Source of the DNA: an uncultured Anaerolinea sp. | GTDB lineage: Bacteria > Chloroflexota > Anaerolineae > Anaerolineales > Villigracilaceae | Reading direction: 5' to 3' | DNA: 64,000 nucleotides | NCBI GenBank assembly: GCA_964562145.1 | Contig: CAZLSP010000011.1 | Span: 16,259-80,258, forward strand | In this document: positions 61,917-64,000 of the stretch, in pieces | Numbering within the stretch: the first letter of the stretch is position 1 | How the letters are laid out: every line of letters starts with the position of its first letter | The notes under the pieces: model-generated | Seen by the model: only the letters and a program-made list of their open reading frames with translations | The model's database searches: none | Told to the model about the DNA's origin: nothing | Program-made: the position numbers and the translations under genes

Positions 61917-62438
61917 TTATTCCTGAATATGTAAATCTTTTAACACCGCACCCTGCGTTAAGGCGTGCTTAAGCGTTTCTTCCTCTATCCGCGCACCGGT
62001 CAGGTCGGCGCCGCCCAGGTTGGCTTCTTCCAGGATGGCTCCGGTCAGGTTCGATTCGCGCATCATTGCCCCGCGCAGGTCGGCGTAGGAGAGATTGGCC
62101 TCGTGCAGGTTGGCGCGGAAAAGGCGGGCGTCGGTAAGGAAAGCGCCGGTCAGGTCGGCCTGGGTCAGGTTTGTGCACGAAAGTTCCAGGTCAATATCGT
62201 CCAGGTTAGGATCGATGATGTTATCGTGCGCAATCCCCAGGTGGGCGCGGTTGAGCAGCGCCCCGCGCAGGCTGGCCCTAAACAGGCTGGCTCCGCCCAA
62301 ATCGGCTTCGCGCAGGTCGGCGCCATTGAAGATGATTCCGTTTAGGTGAGCGCCGCGCAGGTTGACTTTTTCCAGTTTTTCACCCGAAAAGTCGATGCGC
62401 CCGGCGTGGAAAGCAGCGAGTAGTTCGTATCCATTCAT
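61917..62438 (-). CDS. Pentapeptide-repeat protein
   Basis: 173 aa of A(D/N)LxX repeats (ANLSYADLRGAMMRESNLTGAILEEANLGGADLTGARI). Only 28 nt from the next gene. Confidence 0.9.
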   Translation of the reverse strand: MNGYELLAAFHAGRIDFSGEKLEKVNLRGAHLNGIIFNGADLREADLGGASLFRASLRGALLNRAHLGIAHDNIIDPNLDDIDLELSCTNLTQADLTGAFLTDARLFRANLHEANLSYADLRGAMMRESNLTGAILEEANLGGADLTGARIEEETLKHALTQGAVLKDLHIQE

Positions 62439-62497
62439 AGGCTTGCCTGATAACAGTCCTTCACGTTACAGTTTACTGCAATTCACAAACCCTCGTA

Positions 62498-62515
62498 TTG
62501 TGATAAAAATCACAA
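62498..62515. promoter_or_regulatory. Rex-type operator, perfect 7-4-7 palindrome, at the head of the hydrogenase locus
   Basis: TTGTGAT-AAAA-ATCACAA lies 60 nt upstream of the pentapeptide ATG and 128 nt upstream of the divergent hydrolase gene. An extra half-site TTCACAA is at 62482-62488. Confidence 0.55.
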
Positions 62516-62642
62516 ATAAGTATATCCTTTTGTATGGATTTGGCAAGGGCCGGACACCCTGCAAGGCTGGGCCGCATTAAAAAAGTGATGTTTATCCGGT
62601 TGTCGTCATGACAGCAAGTAGGGTAAGCTCAAAGCAGAAACT

Positions 62643-64000
62643 ATGGACGCTCGCACCCAAACCTCCCTTCAAACTGCCTATCAATTGCTTAAAGCTGGCC
62701 AAAAGCAAGATGCGCTGGCCTTGCTGGCCCCGCTGGTAAAAGCCAACCCAAACCTGGCTGAAGCCTGGTACCTGCTCGGGTTTGCGGTTAGCGAACCCGA
62801 AAAGCGCATGTACGCCTTCCAGCAGGTTTTGCGCGTCAACCCCAATCACGAAGCTGCGCGCAAGCAGGTCGCTAAACTGGTTGCCGAGAAATATGCCACC
62901 ACGCCCGAACCCCAAAAACCGCTTGAAGCGGCGCCTCGCCCGGCGGCTGTGCCCCCGCCTGTGACCCCAACCCAAAAAGCCCCCGCAAAGAAGAAGAAAC
63001 CTTCCCCGCTTGTCTTATGGGCGGGGATCGGCGCTATTCTCCTGTGTCTGGTTTTTATGGCGATTGGGATTTGGGCCGCATCGACCGGGGTGATTGCCAA
63101 TCTCTTTACCCCGCCGATAGCAGCTCCTGCGACCAGTGTGGCGGCCCTGCCCGCTGCGGCGACCCTCCCGCCAGCCACACCGACCCTGGCGCTTTCACCT
63201 ACGCCCGCTTTTATCCCTGTTTTTCGCGGAACCGCCTGCCCGTTTGACTTGCCGCTCGGAACCAGGGTACGCTGCGGGGTGGTTAGCGTCCCCCAAGACC
63301 GCACCAAAAACTTCACCGACCTGATCGACATCCCGGTGGTGATTTACCAGAGCGTCAAACCCAATACTGAAGTGCTGATTTACCTGCAAGGTGGCCCCGG
63401 TTCAGAAAGCCTGGATTGGTCGTTGGCGCTGTTTGACGATTATGTAGCCCCGGTGCTTGACGAGTACGACATGGTCTTCTTCGACCCGCGCGGAACCGGG
63501 CGCTCCTCCCCGCGCCTCGAATGCCCGGAATTGAACACCGTTTTTGTCGAAGCTTATTTTGAAGCTCGCTCTGAGAGCGAAGCCTACGGCCTCTTTAACG
63601 AAGCCTGGTCTAAATGCCGCGATCGCTTTGCCCGCGATGGAATTGATCCGGGAGCTTTCAACACCACCCAAAGCGCCGCAGATGTGCACGATATTGCCGT
63701 GGCCCTGGGGTATGAAAAAGTCAACCTGATTGGCATTTCCTACGGCACGCGCCTGGCGTTGACTATCATGCGCGATTTCCCCGAGATTGTCCGCTCCGCC
63801 ATCCTGGACTCGGTGGTGCCGATGGAATCGAAGATGTTCAACCGCCGCGCCACCGACGTGCAATATGCGCTCGACAAAGTCTTTGATGATTGTGCCAGCA
63901 GCCCGCGCTGTAACAGCGCCTATCCCGACCTGCGCAATACATTTAATTCATTAATAGAACGCTTCGACCGTGACCCGGCCAGGGTAAAGGTTTACGATCT
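62643..64000 (+). CDS. Membrane-anchored alpha/beta hydrolase (S33 prolyl/tripeptidyl aminopeptidase-like), 3' end beyond the window
   Basis: Not in the ORF track because no stop lies in the window. My translation from ATG 62643 is MDARTQTSLQTAYQLLKAGQKQDALALL (TPR-like), Pro/Lys linker, TM helix LVLWAGIGAILLCLVFMAIGIW, then LIYLQGGPGSES, FFDPRGTGRS, NLIGISYGT (GxSxG nucleophile). The minus-strand ORFs here are artefacts. Confidence 0.75.
   Translation, partial: MDARTQTSLQTAYQLLKAGQKQDALALLAPLVKANPNLAEAWYLLGFAVSEPEKRMYAFQQVLRVNPNHEAARKQVAKLVAEKYATTPEPQKPLEAAPRPAAVPPPVTPTQKAPAKKKKPSPLVLWAGIGAILLCLVFMAIGIWAASTGVIANLFTPPIAAPATSVAALPAAATLPPATPTLALSPTPAFIPVFRGTACPFDLPLGTRVRCGVVSVPQDRTKNFTDLIDIPVVIYQSVKPNTEVLIYLQGGPGSESLDWSLALFDDYVAPVLDEYDMVFFDPRGTGRSSPRLECPELNTVFVEAYFEARSESEAYGLFNEAWSKCRDRFARDGIDPGAFNTTQSAADVHDIAVALGYEKVNLIGISYGTRLALTIMRDFPEIVRSAILDSVVPMESKMFNRRATDVQYALDKVFDDCASSPRCNSAYPDLRNTFNSLIERFDRDPARVKVYD

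Noticed and set aside
62592-63863. Minus-strand ORFs 62592..62975, 62846..63331 and 63402..63863.
   Set aside because: They are antisense to a plus-strand reading frame that runs open from ATG 62643 to the window end and encodes clear alpha/beta-hydrolase motifs (GxSxG).
1-64000. Search by eye for rRNA, tRNA (including tRNA-Sec near selA), CRISPR arrays, IS elements, integrases, prophage or toxin-antitoxin modules.
   Set aside because: No intergenic gap contains a cloverleaf-like sequence or regularly spaced direct repeats. No ORF shows transposase, integrase or phage motifs. A tRNAscan/Infernal run would be needed to be certain.

Overview
Densely coding, GC-rich bacterial chromosomal segment. 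Most genes sit in long minus-strand operons with overlapping or abutting stop/start codons. By eye I found no rRNA, tRNA, CRISPR array, transposase or integrase. Taxon cannot be fixed from the sequence; the gene content suggests an anaerobic or microaerotolerant bacterium.

Gene order:
- GT4 glycosyltransferase (partial) and a GGDEF cyclase.
- NYN-domain protein, then a TtuB-like sulfur carrier, TtuA tRNA thiolase and a methyltransferase.
- preQ1-I riboswitch followed by a YhhQ-type transporter.
- glnA.
- Acyl-CoA carboxylase operon: carboxyltransferase, biotin carboxylase, BCCP.
- An ~11-kb envelope glycosylation operon: three GT-C-type membrane modules, a GT2, and a Gfo/DegT/hexapeptide-acetyltransferase triad.
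- Acyl-CoA dehydrogenase, a cydA with no cydB, and an MFS transporter.
- Two-gene (split) NAD synthetase.
- speH-speE.
- Several small housekeeping or unknown genes.
- A 937-aa orphan coiled-coil protein.
- selA and an M24 peptidase.
- Three tandem LysM-M23 lipoprotein paralogues plus an HExxH protein.
- A ~14-kb hydrogenase locus.
- A partial alpha/beta hydrolase.

Most interesting observations:
1. The hydrogenase locus joins the sensor/flavoprotein gene set typical of HydABC-type [FeFe] hydrogenases to a complete NuoE/NuoF/NuoG-like plus NiFe small/large module. There is no HydA, there are two non-identical NuoE/NuoF pairs, and all three thioredoxin-like [2Fe-2S] modules lack cysteine ligands.
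2. Three near-consensus Rex-type operators (TTGTGAA-N4-TTCACAA) lie in front of cydA and of two points in the hydrogenase locus.
3. A 1541-aa protein fuses two GT-C glycosyltransferase modules.
4. A large orphan protein (35471..38284) has no motif I recognise.

All functional calls come from motif recognition in the supplied translations. No database search was run.
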